A DNA stretch of 64,000 nucleotides from Polyangiaceae bacterium. Lineage in GTDB: Bacteria; Myxococcota_A; Polyangia; Polyangiales; Polyangiaceae. The stretch covers positions 192,001 to 256,000 of the forward strand of contig CBDCTZ010000015.1 in the NCBI GenBank assembly GCA_965222375.1. The letters run 5' to 3'. The notes under the pieces are model-generated. The model ran no database searches. It worked only from the letters and a program-made list of their open reading frames with translations, and was not told the origin of the DNA. Each line of letters begins with the position of its first letter. Position 1 is the first letter of the stretch. Shown in pieces: positions 23,678 to 32,654 of the stretch. The translations under genes and the position numbers were made by a program.

Positions 23678-25552
23678 ATGACCAGCGCGCGCGGGGCCTG
23701 CGGCGTGATCGCCGCATTGTTGCTGCTTAGCAGCGGCGTGGATGCACAAACCCTGGTGCCCGGACCCACGGAACCGAACCACGACGCCGCCTTGCTTCAG
23801 AAGATGGACGGCTACGAGCGTCAGGTGCACGGCATCTTGTCCGTGCCGTTGGGCTGGGGCCTGGAGGCATTCGTTCCGCAGAATCAACGCAGCGTGGTGG
23901 AGACCTTCATCAGCTCTGGCCAGTCGGACTTCAAGGCCGCAACGGGAAAGCATCCCTACGAGATCCTGAGCGACTACGGCGAATACGGTGATCTCGGCAT
24001 GTTCGGGGGCGTGCAAGCCGCTGGAGACGCCTATCGCTACATGGTGCTGCGAGACACTGGGGCGCCGGCCGCCGAGGTGGACGCCGCGCGAACCCACCTG
24101 ATCAAAATGATGCAGGGCTTGCACTGGTATCATCAGATCACGGGCGTTCCTGGGGTCGTCGTGCGCGGGCTCAAACGCATCACGCCGGAGCCAGGCAACC
24201 CGCCGTTGCCGGGGACGCCTCCCCAAACGGTTCCGCTATTCGACGGAAGCGGCAATCCGCAACCCGCTAAGAAGGAACCGACTTGGCGAGCCGATCAATC
24301 TGGTGAGCTGCCTTTCTTGATCTGGCTCGACGACACCTCGAAAGACCAAGTTGACGGTTGGGTCTATGCCCTGGGCGCAGCCTACGACGCAGCTAAAGGC
24401 GATCCCACGATCCCAGACAGCGTGCTGCAGCCGCTTATCGATGACGCCCGCGCAGTGGGTCACAAGTGGATGGAGAAGCACACCTTCATCAACAAAGAGA
24501 CGGACCTTGTGATCGTGGACGCGGACGGCCGCCCGACGACCTTTCACGATTTGAGTGCCGAAGAGGTCAGCGCAGGACTCATTTTAGATACTCCGGTCAA
24601 CGGCTTCAACGCGATCATGAGCCTGGGCATGATGCGCACCTTCTTTCACATGACCGGCGACGAGAAGATCGGGCGCTTCTACTACGAAGAGCTGATCGGC
24701 CGCCGGAACTATCTGCAAGTGGCGGAAGACAGCGTCAACCTGATCTACTTGAAAGAGCAGACGAACTACTCGAACGTGAACATGGCCTTCGTCGCGGCCT
24801 ATGGCTTGCTGCGGTACGAGACGGACCCGGCGCTTGCAGCCCATGTGCGACGGATCCTCGAGAACAAGCTGTACGCACCGGACGTCTCGAGGCAGGCGAA
24901 GGGCCTGAAGCAGAGCTTCTTCGACTTCATCTACGCCGGCTTCCGCACCGAAGGCACCAAGGGGCCCGGGGGCCAAGCCATTGCGGACGGCTTGGAAACG
25001 TTGCAGGAGCTTCGCTCCGCGCCGTATTGGAATGACGCCGTGGAAAACTGCGATGCCGCGGAAACAGCTGCCCTTTCCTGCAAGGGCATCGACGGTACGC
25101 CCATCACGCTTTCGCCCAAGCCGGGCCGGGGTGATTCGCTGGTCGCGACTGAGCCACTGCCCCTGCGCATCCGCCCGCCGAGTAACTTCGAGTGGCGTTC
25201 GGATCCCCACACCGTCAACGGCGGCGGCGGCACCCGACTGAACCCCGGCGCCGAACTGCTCACCGCCTACTGGCTCGGCCGCCTGCTGCGCGCCGGTGAC
25301 CTCGGTGTCGGGAACATCTCGCCTCACGCTCGACCCAAAGACGCCGGCTGGGGTGGCAGCTCTGGCGACGGAGGCGCTGGCGGCAACGCGGGCGCAGGTG
25401 GCACGAGCACAGCGCCAGATGAAGACGAAGGCGGCTGCGGCTGCCGCACCGTCCCGAGCAACAGCAACACAGCCGCCCTGCTCAGTTGTCTGCTGCTGTT
25501 GGCGGCAACTAGGCGACGGCGGCCCGGGCGTCACGCCCTCAAGAGTTGCTGA
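23678..25552 (+). CDS. secreted MYXO-CTERM sorting-domain protein
   Basis: Signal peptide; C-terminal GGCGCRTVP..ALLSCLLLLAATRRRR. Confidence 0.85.
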   Translation: MTSARGACGVIAALLLLSSGVDAQTLVPGPTEPNHDAALLQKMDGYERQVHGILSVPLGWGLEAFVPQNQRSVVETFISSGQSDFKAATGKHPYEILSDYGEYGDLGMFGGVQAAGDAYRYMVLRDTGAPAAEVDAARTHLIKMMQGLHWYHQITGVPGVVVRGLKRITPEPGNPPLPGTPPQTVPLFDGSGNPQPAKKEPTWRADQSGELPFLIWLDDTSKDQVDGWVYALGAAYDAAKGDPTIPDSVLQPLIDDARAVGHKWMEKHTFINKETDLVIVDADGRPTTFHDLSAEEVSAGLILDTPVNGFNAIMSLGMMRTFFHMTGDEKIGRFYYEELIGRRNYLQVAEDSVNLIYLKEQTNYSNVNMAFVAAYGLLRYETDPALAAHVRRILENKLYAPDVSRQAKGLKQSFFDFIYAGFRTEGTKGPGGQAIADGLETLQELRSAPYWNDAVENCDAAETAALSCKGIDGTPITLSPKPGRGDSLVATEPLPLRIRPPSNFEWRSDPHTVNGGGGTRLNPGAELLTAYWLGRLLRAGDLGVGNISPHARPKDAGWGGSSGDGGAGGNAGAGGTSTAPDEDEGGCGCRTVPSNSNTAALLSCLLLLAATRRRRPGRHALKSC

Positions 25553-25559
25553 ACGCGCC

Positions 25560-26957
25560 TCAGATTTCCTCGTCGGCAAACCGCGGCAACAACAGGCGAT
25601 CCTCTGGCACGACTGTGACCACCCCGCGGAGTGACACCGTCACGTAGTGCGGCAAAAAGCGGGTGACCCCTTGCCATTGTCGTTTCGCGTCGACTCGACT
25701 GAGTCGCAAGCCGTTCCAGCGTAGGCCCTCCGCGTAGCTGCCGGCTTCACGAGCTGGGACACGGGACAGTAGGTCCTTCAGGCAGTCGTGTTTGTAATTC
25801 GTTTTCCAAGCGCTTTTCTCGGGTGAGCCCACGGCCGTGCCGTCAGGCATTCGAGTCACTTGCGTAGCGACTTCGCTTTCCAGCTTCAGCAGCCTGGCAG
25901 GCGTCCATTCGTAGGTCGCTGTAGTCGACGTCGTCCTCGTGCGGCCCCCGGCAAGAATGGGTGACTTGCTGAGTGTGACGACCGACAACAGTTCGCCAGA
26001 GTGTCCGTAGCTATACTTGGACTTGCCTGCTGAGAGGACCCCGCCCCAGGCGTTCCGCTTCGGGTGCCTGGGACCGAACCGGAAGCCTCTTGCGTCATAC
26101 GACTTCGCCGCGTACTCCGGCAGCCCAGCTCCACCCACAGGATCCCCGGACTTTATCTCCGACGCGAGCGTCGCCACGAACCCTTTCGTGCCGTAGGTCA
26201 GGCACGATTCGTACACGCCGTGCTTCGACTTGTGCGAGACGCATCCAAGGCGACCGTCCTTCAAATAGGCAAACGTGTGTTTGGCAAAGAACCGACCTTT
26301 GTTCGAGGTGTCGACGCGCGTGAGCCGCCCTTTGGCGTCGTAGTGGTAGCGAACGGTCAGGTCCTCCGCATCGTTCTTGGTGTGGAGCCTGGCCAAACGC
26401 CCGCGCGCGTAGTGCCATTGGGTGGTTCTCAGCGCCCCGCAGCTCTCCAACTCGAAGCAGGGTCCGTCCAGCTGCTTGATCGGCCGACCGTCGCTGTAGT
26501 CGGTCTCCACTCCGAAGACTCCGCTGTGGTAGCGCCGGCGGGCGATCTTGCCGCTGGCGTATTTGCGAATGTCGTGGCCCTTTCCCCGGATACTCTGCAG
26601 CACCCCTTGGCCATCGAACTCGATGGCAACACTCCCGTCCCAACCGCAACTGGGGACCCAACCCTCCGAGGTGACCAGACGTGAGCCGACGCCGGTAGGA
26701 TTGCAGATCTTGCACACGCCCCAGCCCGCCGGGCACGACGCGGCATAGAACTCGGGCGGCTCGCAAGTCTTCGCTGGCGGCTTCTCCGGCGCGGCGGCCG
26801 ACGCCTCCGGCCGCGCCTGAGAGGCCAACGGTTGCGAGGCTGTGGGCTCAGCGCTCGCGGGTGCGGGACGGCTAGCCCGCGCGCTTGGCGGCGTCGAACC
26901 GCAACCTGCCGCCAACACGCCGACGCACATGATTCTCGTGTTGACTATGAATCGCAC
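25560..26957 (-). CDS. lipoprotein with YD/RHS-like repeats
   Basis: LAAGC lipobox; YHYDAKGRL, FAYLKDGRL, YSYGHSGEL. Confidence 0.7.
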   Translation of the reverse strand: MRFIVNTRIMCVGVLAAGCGSTPPSARASRPAPASAEPTASQPLASQARPEASAAAPEKPPAKTCEPPEFYAASCPAGWGVCKICNPTGVGSRLVTSEGWVPSCGWDGSVAIEFDGQGVLQSIRGKGHDIRKYASGKIARRRYHSGVFGVETDYSDGRPIKQLDGPCFELESCGALRTTQWHYARGRLARLHTKNDAEDLTVRYHYDAKGRLTRVDTSNKGRFFAKHTFAYLKDGRLGCVSHKSKHGVYESCLTYGTKGFVATLASEIKSGDPVGGAGLPEYAAKSYDARGFRFGPRHPKRNAWGGVLSAGKSKYSYGHSGELLSVVTLSKSPILAGGRTRTTSTTATYEWTPARLLKLESEVATQVTRMPDGTAVGSPEKSAWKTNYKHDCLKDLLSRVPAREAGSYAEGLRWNGLRLSRVDAKRQWQGVTRFLPHYVTVSLRGVVTVVPEDRLLLPRFADEEI

Positions 26958-27001
26958 GCCGCACGGTATCGCCAGGCGCTCAGACGCGCAAGGCGCCGCG
27001 C

Positions 27002-27450
27002 TTACTCCTTCGTACAGCTAATACCCATCTGCACGCCGCAGCCGTCGCCGTCGTTGCAGACATTGGGCTCGTAGTGGTGACTGTGTAGACCTGACTTTAG
27101 CTCGGACCAGGTGGCATCGCTCGCGGACACCCAACTGGATATCTCTTTCGTCTCGAGCTTCATGCGCCCTGCGTGCCCGCGCGACATGCACCCACAATCG
27201 AACCTTCAGCCCCCGGGTAGCATTCCCGAGTGCTCCCTGCCGTGCACTGGCATCCCTCGTCGACCACGCCGTCGCCGTTGTCATCGAAGCCGTTGCAGAC
27301 TTCGCCACCGCTGCTTGCGCCCCCTGAACCCGGGTTAACATTGATCGTCCCGGGGTCGCCGCCCGAGCCGCCCGTGCCGCTAGGTGTGGGGTTGTTTTGA
27401 GCCGCCGAAGACTGAAGAATGTTTCGCGGCGGCGTCGCTGCTAGTTTCAT
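27002..27450 (-). pseudogene. frameshifted remnant of a Cys-rich protein with EVCNGFDDNGDGVVDEGC motif
   Basis: No signal peptide; stop/frameshift near 27160 after GACRAGTQ; short tail in another frame. Confidence 0.7.
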
Positions 27451-27659
27451 GCTCCAGGGTTGGCGACAGGCATGCTGCTGCAGCAGGAGGCCTGTTCACG
27501 GCCGTTTTCTCAGCTGCGCGCCCAAGTCGACGCAGCACAAACCCCAAATGCTAGCCGAGCGTCCGGACGCGAAACGCCAGTGAATCCGGACGCAACACTC
27601 GCCCGAGAGGGCCGCGCTGGACTTTTCCAGTCTGGCTCCAGGGCGGAGACTGGCGCACG

Positions 27660-29609
27660 CTACTCCTTGAGCAGTTGTTGCACCAGCGCGTCCGTCTCCT
27701 CGACGTTGAACGAGTTTCGGATCGCGCGGATGGTCGAGTCCTTACCGATGATCACATCACGTGGGTACGGATAGCCAACGCCCTGGGGGAAATCCAAAGA
27801 GCCCAGGGTGCCGGTTTCATCCCGCAAGATCGGGAAAGTGACGCCAGTTTGCTTGATGAAGTCTGCCACCTGGCTGGGGCTGTCGCCGGGGTGCAAGCCG
27901 AACACGAGCACGTCTTGGTTCTTGTATTTCTTCCAGATGTTTTCGTCTATGTCTGGCAACTCCAGACCGCAGATGGGTCAGAAGAGGGCAAAGTACGCGA
28001 GCACCACGACTTTGCCTTTAAGGGCCGCCACTTGTTTGGCGCCGCTGGGATCTAGAAAACCAAAGTCGCTGGTCAGGCTGTCGCCAACGCCCAATCCGAA
28101 ATTCCCACCCACGGCGATGGGAATGGATAGCAAGGACTCGAAGGGGTCCGGGTCGTTGGTTTGCATGGTGAGGTTCGCCTGCAAACCGACGCTCAGATTC
28201 TGGGCTGTCAGCTGGAAGAAGTCGCTCTTGCTGGGCGCGATCTCCAAGTTCGAGACGTCGAAGGAAAAGCCCGCCTCGTCCACGGCGAAGTTGCCAGCGA
28301 GCAGCGGCAACAGCCCACGGTTGTGTAGTACCACGGCGCGTGCGGTCGGCTTGTTCGCTTCCAGGGTGAAGATGTCTTCCTTGAGGGTGACGTCCGGCGC
28401 GACGTAGCCGGGGCGGTAGCGCATGACGTGCAAGCCTTCCCACTCGCCGGTCATGACCAAGTCGCCCTGGATGGCGATTCCGAGGTCTTGCTCGAACTTC
28501 CTGCGGGTGCGCTCGGTGGCAATCAACGCCCAGGTCTTGGTCTCGTAGAGCGCGACATGACTCCACGCCGCCACGGCGAGCAGCTTGCCGTCGGCCTGCA
28601 CGGCCTGGGCGGAACCGTCCGTGGCAATGCTTTTCAGGTGAGCAAGCTGCACGGGATCCGTCGCGTCGAACACATCGACTCCGGAGCCACCCATGGCCAC
28701 GTAGACCCGATTGCCGTCCACGTCGACATCTCGAGTGGCGCTCAAGGTCTTCACGGAATTCACGATCTTGGGCTGCGCTGGCGTGCTGATGTCGACAACC
28801 TTCAGGCCCGCTTCTCCGTCTGCCACGTAGGCGTAGTTGCCTTGAATGTCGACCTTCCAGGCGTTGGTGAAACCGCTCAAGGTAGTGAGCAGCGTCGGCA
28901 CGCCGTCAGCGGCGGTTTGGTACACCCGAAGGCCACCGTCGTGTGCCGCGTTGTACAGGTGCCCCTGATGGTAGGCGAGGCCCTCGAAGAGCACGGCCGC
29001 GTCCTCTTTCATGTCGACCTCGGTCACCTTGCCACTCGTGTCGAGGTGGTACGTGCCCAGGAATGGCGTGGCGACCCAGGAGTCGCCATGGTGAGCCAGG
29101 TAGAAGACTCGCGACCCGTTGGGCAACGTTTCACCGATGCCAACGCGCTGACACCGCCCGGCGGCCTCGCCGACGTGCTTGGGCGCGGTGGGATCTTGCA
29201 GATCGTTGATCCGCACACCGAAGCCGCCGCACATGTAGACGTACCTGCCGTCGTACTCCATATCGACGACCTCGGAGCCCGTGCCTTCGCCGATCTTCTG
29301 CAGTGCATCGCCAGCGGCACAGCAGGTGTTGCCGAGGAAGGGCCCTTCCTTGGCGCACTCCGAGCCCGACGCACAAGCCAGGCAGGACAGATCCGGGCAG
29401 TCGGGACTGCCCAGCGCCGGGGTGCCACCGCCGCCCGTATTGCCGAAATTGCCGGTTCCGCCACTGCTCTGCGCACCGGTTCCAGCGGCGCCGCCGGATT
29501 GACCGGCGCTGCCACCGGTCCCCGGGCTGGACTTTTGCTCGCCTTCGCCATCGGAGCAACCGACGATGCTCGCCGCGACCAGAAGCGCAAACCCCGCCTT
29601 CTTCACCAT
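27660..29609 (-). CDS. predicted selenoprotein: lipoprotein, LVIVD beta-propeller, Ig-like segment, TlpA/redoxin domain (UPIC)
   Basis: IVGC lipobox; YAYVADGEAGLKVVDISTP repeats; LKGKVVVLAYFALF-TGA(27980-27978)-PIC in frame with the downstream ORF; SECIS-like hairpin. Confidence 0.9.
27946..27977 (-). promoter_or_regulatory. bacterial SECIS-like stem-loop
   Basis: UGA CCCAUCUGCG GUCUGG-AGUUG-CCAGAC AUAGA: perfect 6-bp stem, G-U in loop, loop starts 16 nt after UGA. Confidence 0.8.
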
Positions 29610-29749
29610 GATAGCCCCTACGCGCGGGGCGGCCGGGACGTTTCGCCCAGCCAAGCCCAACCCCGTAAATCCCAGTTTTTCCTAAAGAATCAATGACGCG
29701 CCGAAACAGTTGGAACCCGACGCGGCGGTGGTAGTCTCTGGGCAGTGCC

Positions 29750-30109
29750 ATGAGTGATGAACGCCGTCAGGCCCCCCGCCACACCGCCTATCTGGGCGCC
29801 GAGATCGACCTGGGCAACGGCCCGGTTCGAAGCGCCATCACCCACGACGGCAGCTCCAGCGGCCTATTGCTCCTGACCCGAGCCGAGTTGGAGGCAGACC
29901 AAGCGGTGACGATTCGCTGCTTCCTAGGCAAAGGCGAGCCGGTCATGCTCAGTGGCAAGGTCGTTCGCCAGGAGTCGCTGAGCGCAGAAGAAAACAGCCT
30001 GTGGCGTTCCAAGGTCGCGGTGCACCTCCAGGAAGAGAACGCGGAGCTGGCGCAACACTTCGAAGAGATTGGCGAGCGGCAGGCTGAAACCTACGGCGAG
30101 AAGAACTGA
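29750..30109 (+). CDS. PilZ domain protein
   Basis: ERRQAPR (RxxxR) and DGSSSG (DxSxxG). Confidence 0.85.
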   Translation: MSDERRQAPRHTAYLGAEIDLGNGPVRSAITHDGSSSGLLLLTRAELEADQAVTIRCFLGKGEPVMLSGKVVRQESLSAEENSLWRSKVAVHLQEENAELAQHFEEIGERQAETYGEKN

Positions 30110-30113
30110 AACC

Positions 30114-30368
30114 ATGCATGTATCGGTCACAATTCAAGTGCATGGGCGGGAAGTTCCGGTCGACAAAGTCGCGGACCCAGGCGTCGTCTCCGCGTTGAAA
30201 GACCTCGGGCGGCAGGTCGAGGACAAGTTGAAGGACGTCACCTGTGAAGCACACGACAAGGCGCCCGGAAACGTCCGTGTGCACGTCGACGGGACCGGCA
30301 ATGCGGACATTCGCTACGACTCCTGCTGCGATGCCCTGAAGAGCCGCGTCGCCAAAGCACTGGCCTGA
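30114..30368 (+). CDS. small hypothetical protein (CxxH...CC, possible metal site)
   Basis: ATG 4 nt after PilZ stop; CEAH and SCC. Confidence 0.7.
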   Translation: MHVSVTIQVHGREVPVDKVADPGVVSALKDLGRQVEDKLKDVTCEAHDKAPGNVRVHVDGTGNADIRYDSCCDALKSRVAKALA

Positions 30369-30386
30369 AGTTCGCCCCTCGAGGAG

Positions 30387-31214
30387 CTAACGCCCTTTGG
30401 CGCGGGCGCAGCGCGGATTGTTCAGCACGACCGTGACGCCCTGGTTGCTCGGGATCAGGCGATTCCAGAGCTTGGTGATGCCCTCGTGGCCCGTGAAGAT
30501 GTCTACGTGCTTGCCCTTGATCTTGAGGCCGCGATCCTGAGCGATGAAACAGCCATCGTGAAATGACGTCTGGCTGGCATCTCTGGGCATGCCGTCGACT
30601 TCTGGGATGTAAATCGTGGTGCCGAGTGGGATCACGCTGGAGTCTACGGCAACCGTGAGCAACGGCGTGATGGCCTTTCCAGATGCACCGCGTCCCCAGG
30701 GAAAGCGCTTGCGATCCAGCGGATCGAAACAGATCTTTTGCTTGGTACGCGGGCAGATCTGAGCGCATTCGCAATCGCGCTTGGCGAAGCTGACCGTCGT
30801 ACCCGTCGCCAAGGTGCCGCTGCCCTGCACGCACACTGCGTCGTGAAAACCTTTGGGTACTTGCTTGATGGTATTGCAGTTCTGATCTTTGAGCGCAACG
30901 CTAGGGCCCTTGTGGTCTCGCTCCGCGGGAAAGTCGTAGTACGTGTTACGAAACTTGCCGAGGATCTTGCCAACGATCTTCTTTGGCATGGCAGGGCGGC
31001 GGAGCGGGGGAACGCCCGAGATGCTCTTGGCGCCGGTGGGCTTGCTGGTCGGGCCTTGCTTCGGCGTGGACTTCGGGCTGGCGTTCGTGGGCGTCGCGTA
31101 AGCGTCGTTCCACTCTTCTTCGTCCTCGGGTCCGGTCAGAGGCTCGGCCATCCACGCCGAGCCGGCCGTGCCGCACCCCATCATCAGAATCCCGAGGGCA
31201 GCAAGGACCTTCAT
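30387..31214 (-). CDS. 3D domain lipoprotein (MltA-like)
   Basis: VAVDSSVIPLGT, AQDRGLKIKGKHVDIF; lipobox MMGC. Confidence 0.9.
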   Translation of the reverse strand: MKVLAALGILMMGCGTAGSAWMAEPLTGPEDEEEWNDAYATPTNASPKSTPKQGPTSKPTGAKSISGVPPLRRPAMPKKIVGKILGKFRNTYYDFPAERDHKGPSVALKDQNCNTIKQVPKGFHDAVCVQGSGTLATGTTVSFAKRDCECAQICPRTKQKICFDPLDRKRFPWGRGASGKAITPLLTVAVDSSVIPLGTTIYIPEVDGMPRDASQTSFHDGCFIAQDRGLKIKGKHVDIFTGHEGITKLWNRLIPSNQGVTVVLNNPRCARAKGR

Positions 31215-31639
31215 GGACTATTCCCTTCTGCCTCGGCGACCCGTGCTCGCGCGGCGTCTGGATCGCAATCACCGTCAGCGTCGCGCGTCACCAACGGTTG
31301 GAGACTCAAGGTGTGTCGCTCCCAGTGCTCAATCACCGCTGGCGGTGCGCCCTCTTCTTCCAATACTTCTTTCAGAATCTGTAGCCGGCGCATGAACTGC
31401 CCGCCCATGATGGGGTGGCTGGCGTGGGCATCCTGAATCGGCTTGCCTGTGTAGGGGATCCCGGCGCCGAGGTGCCGTGCAGCAAACTCGTACTCTTTGA
31501 GTTTCAACCGCTGTGGGTCCACGCTGGTGAAGAAGAAGCCGATCATCGTGTCGGCCATGATTCGGTCCACGAAGCGGTCGATGATTTTTCTGAGAATCGG
31601 CTCGCCGCCGAGCTCGTCGAATAGGCTCTTTGGCGCCAT
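31211..31639 (-). CDS. group 1 truncated hemoglobin
   Basis: SLFDELGG, FFF, LGAGIPYTGKPIQDAH; ATGA overlap with the 3D gene. Confidence 0.88.
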   Translation of the reverse strand: MAPKSLFDELGGEPILRKIIDRFVDRIMADTMIGFFFTSVDPQRLKLKEYEFAARHLGAGIPYTGKPIQDAHASHPIMGGQFMRRLQILKEVLEEEGAPPAVIEHWERHTLSLQPLVTRDADGDCDPDAARARVAEAEGNSP

Positions 31640-31759
31640 GCGCCCTAACCTGGCCCCTCCCCACAGCAAACGCAAATTGTCTGCAAATCCGACAAAAATA
31701 ACTGAGATTGGCGGTTTATTGGCCAGCCCGGTGGTGGCGCGCTAGCCCTGGACCCGGAA

Positions 31760-32584
31760 ATGCTCCTGCAACGCTCTTCAGCACTCGGGTTGGTCGCCCT
31801 CTCTCTGGCTCTCGGGCCCGGCGCGAGCGATGCCGAAGCTCGCGGCAAGGCCAAGGCCGCGAAGGCAGAAACGACCAAGAGCTCCAAGTCCAAGAAGCCT
31901 TCCCGGAGCAGCAAGAAGGCCAAGGTCAGCAAGGATTCCAAGAAGAGCGCCAAGGCCAAGCGCAAGAAGAAGAAGAAGCGTTTTCGGGGCGTATGCCGGC
32001 TGCAGCGCGCAAAGAGCTTCTTGAAGCGCGGGCGCTTCGTCGTGAAGGGCCAGCTCAAACCGGCCCGGCATCGCAAGGCTCTCAAGTGGCGCATCAAGCG
32101 CTACGGGCGCCTCAACGGCGTACCTTTCGAAAAGCTCAACCCAAAGAGCGCCTTCAGCCACGCGAAGCAAACCCGCTTCATGGGGCTTTCGATCCTCGTG
32201 CACGAGAAAATCGCGCCGGCACTGACCTGCGTCGAAAAGCGGATCAAGAAAACCTGCAACGCCAAGAGCCGTCGATACTCCGCCAAGGCGATTGGCGGGT
32301 TCCGGCAAGAGAATTCGATACGCGGTGGTGAAGTCAGCAATCACCTATTCGGCATCGCCGTCGACATCGACCCCGCGCGCAATCCCTGCTGTGGCTGCGT
32401 CGCTCCTTGGCCCGATCACCCGTCGTGCAAGAAGGAAACCAAGAAGGTGATCGACAAGGCCGGCCTGACTCAGTGCTGGGTCAACGCCTTCGAGCGCTAT
32501 GGCTTCTACTGGTTGGGGCGGGATGCCTTGGAAGACACCATGCACTTCGAATTCCTCGGCGATCCGGATCGCATCATTCCATAA
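31760..32584 (+). CDS. M15 family metallopeptidase, exported, Lys-rich N-terminus
   Basis: SNHLFGIAVDID (SxHxxGxAxD) and DTMHFE. Confidence 0.9.
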   Translation: MLLQRSSALGLVALSLALGPGASDAEARGKAKAAKAETTKSSKSKKPSRSSKKAKVSKDSKKSAKAKRKKKKKRFRGVCRLQRAKSFLKRGRFVVKGQLKPARHRKALKWRIKRYGRLNGVPFEKLNPKSAFSHAKQTRFMGLSILVHEKIAPALTCVEKRIKKTCNAKSRRYSAKAIGGFRQENSIRGGEVSNHLFGIAVDIDPARNPCCGCVAPWPDHPSCKKETKKVIDKAGLTQCWVNAFERYGFYWLGRDALEDTMHFEFLGDPDRIIP

Positions 32585-32654
32585 AGGCACACTGTAGAGT
32601 TCGCGTGGTGACATACTGCGCGCACCGAGCCGAGCTTTTCGCTAGGCTAGCGGC

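Noticed and set aside
27158..27165. Second Sec codon in the 27002-27450 gene
   Set aside because: No redox motif or hairpin; plausible sequence continues in another frame, so a frameshift
27660..27959. Separate 99-aa gene starting at TTG
   Set aside because: Lacks its own active site; it is the in-frame continuation after the UGA
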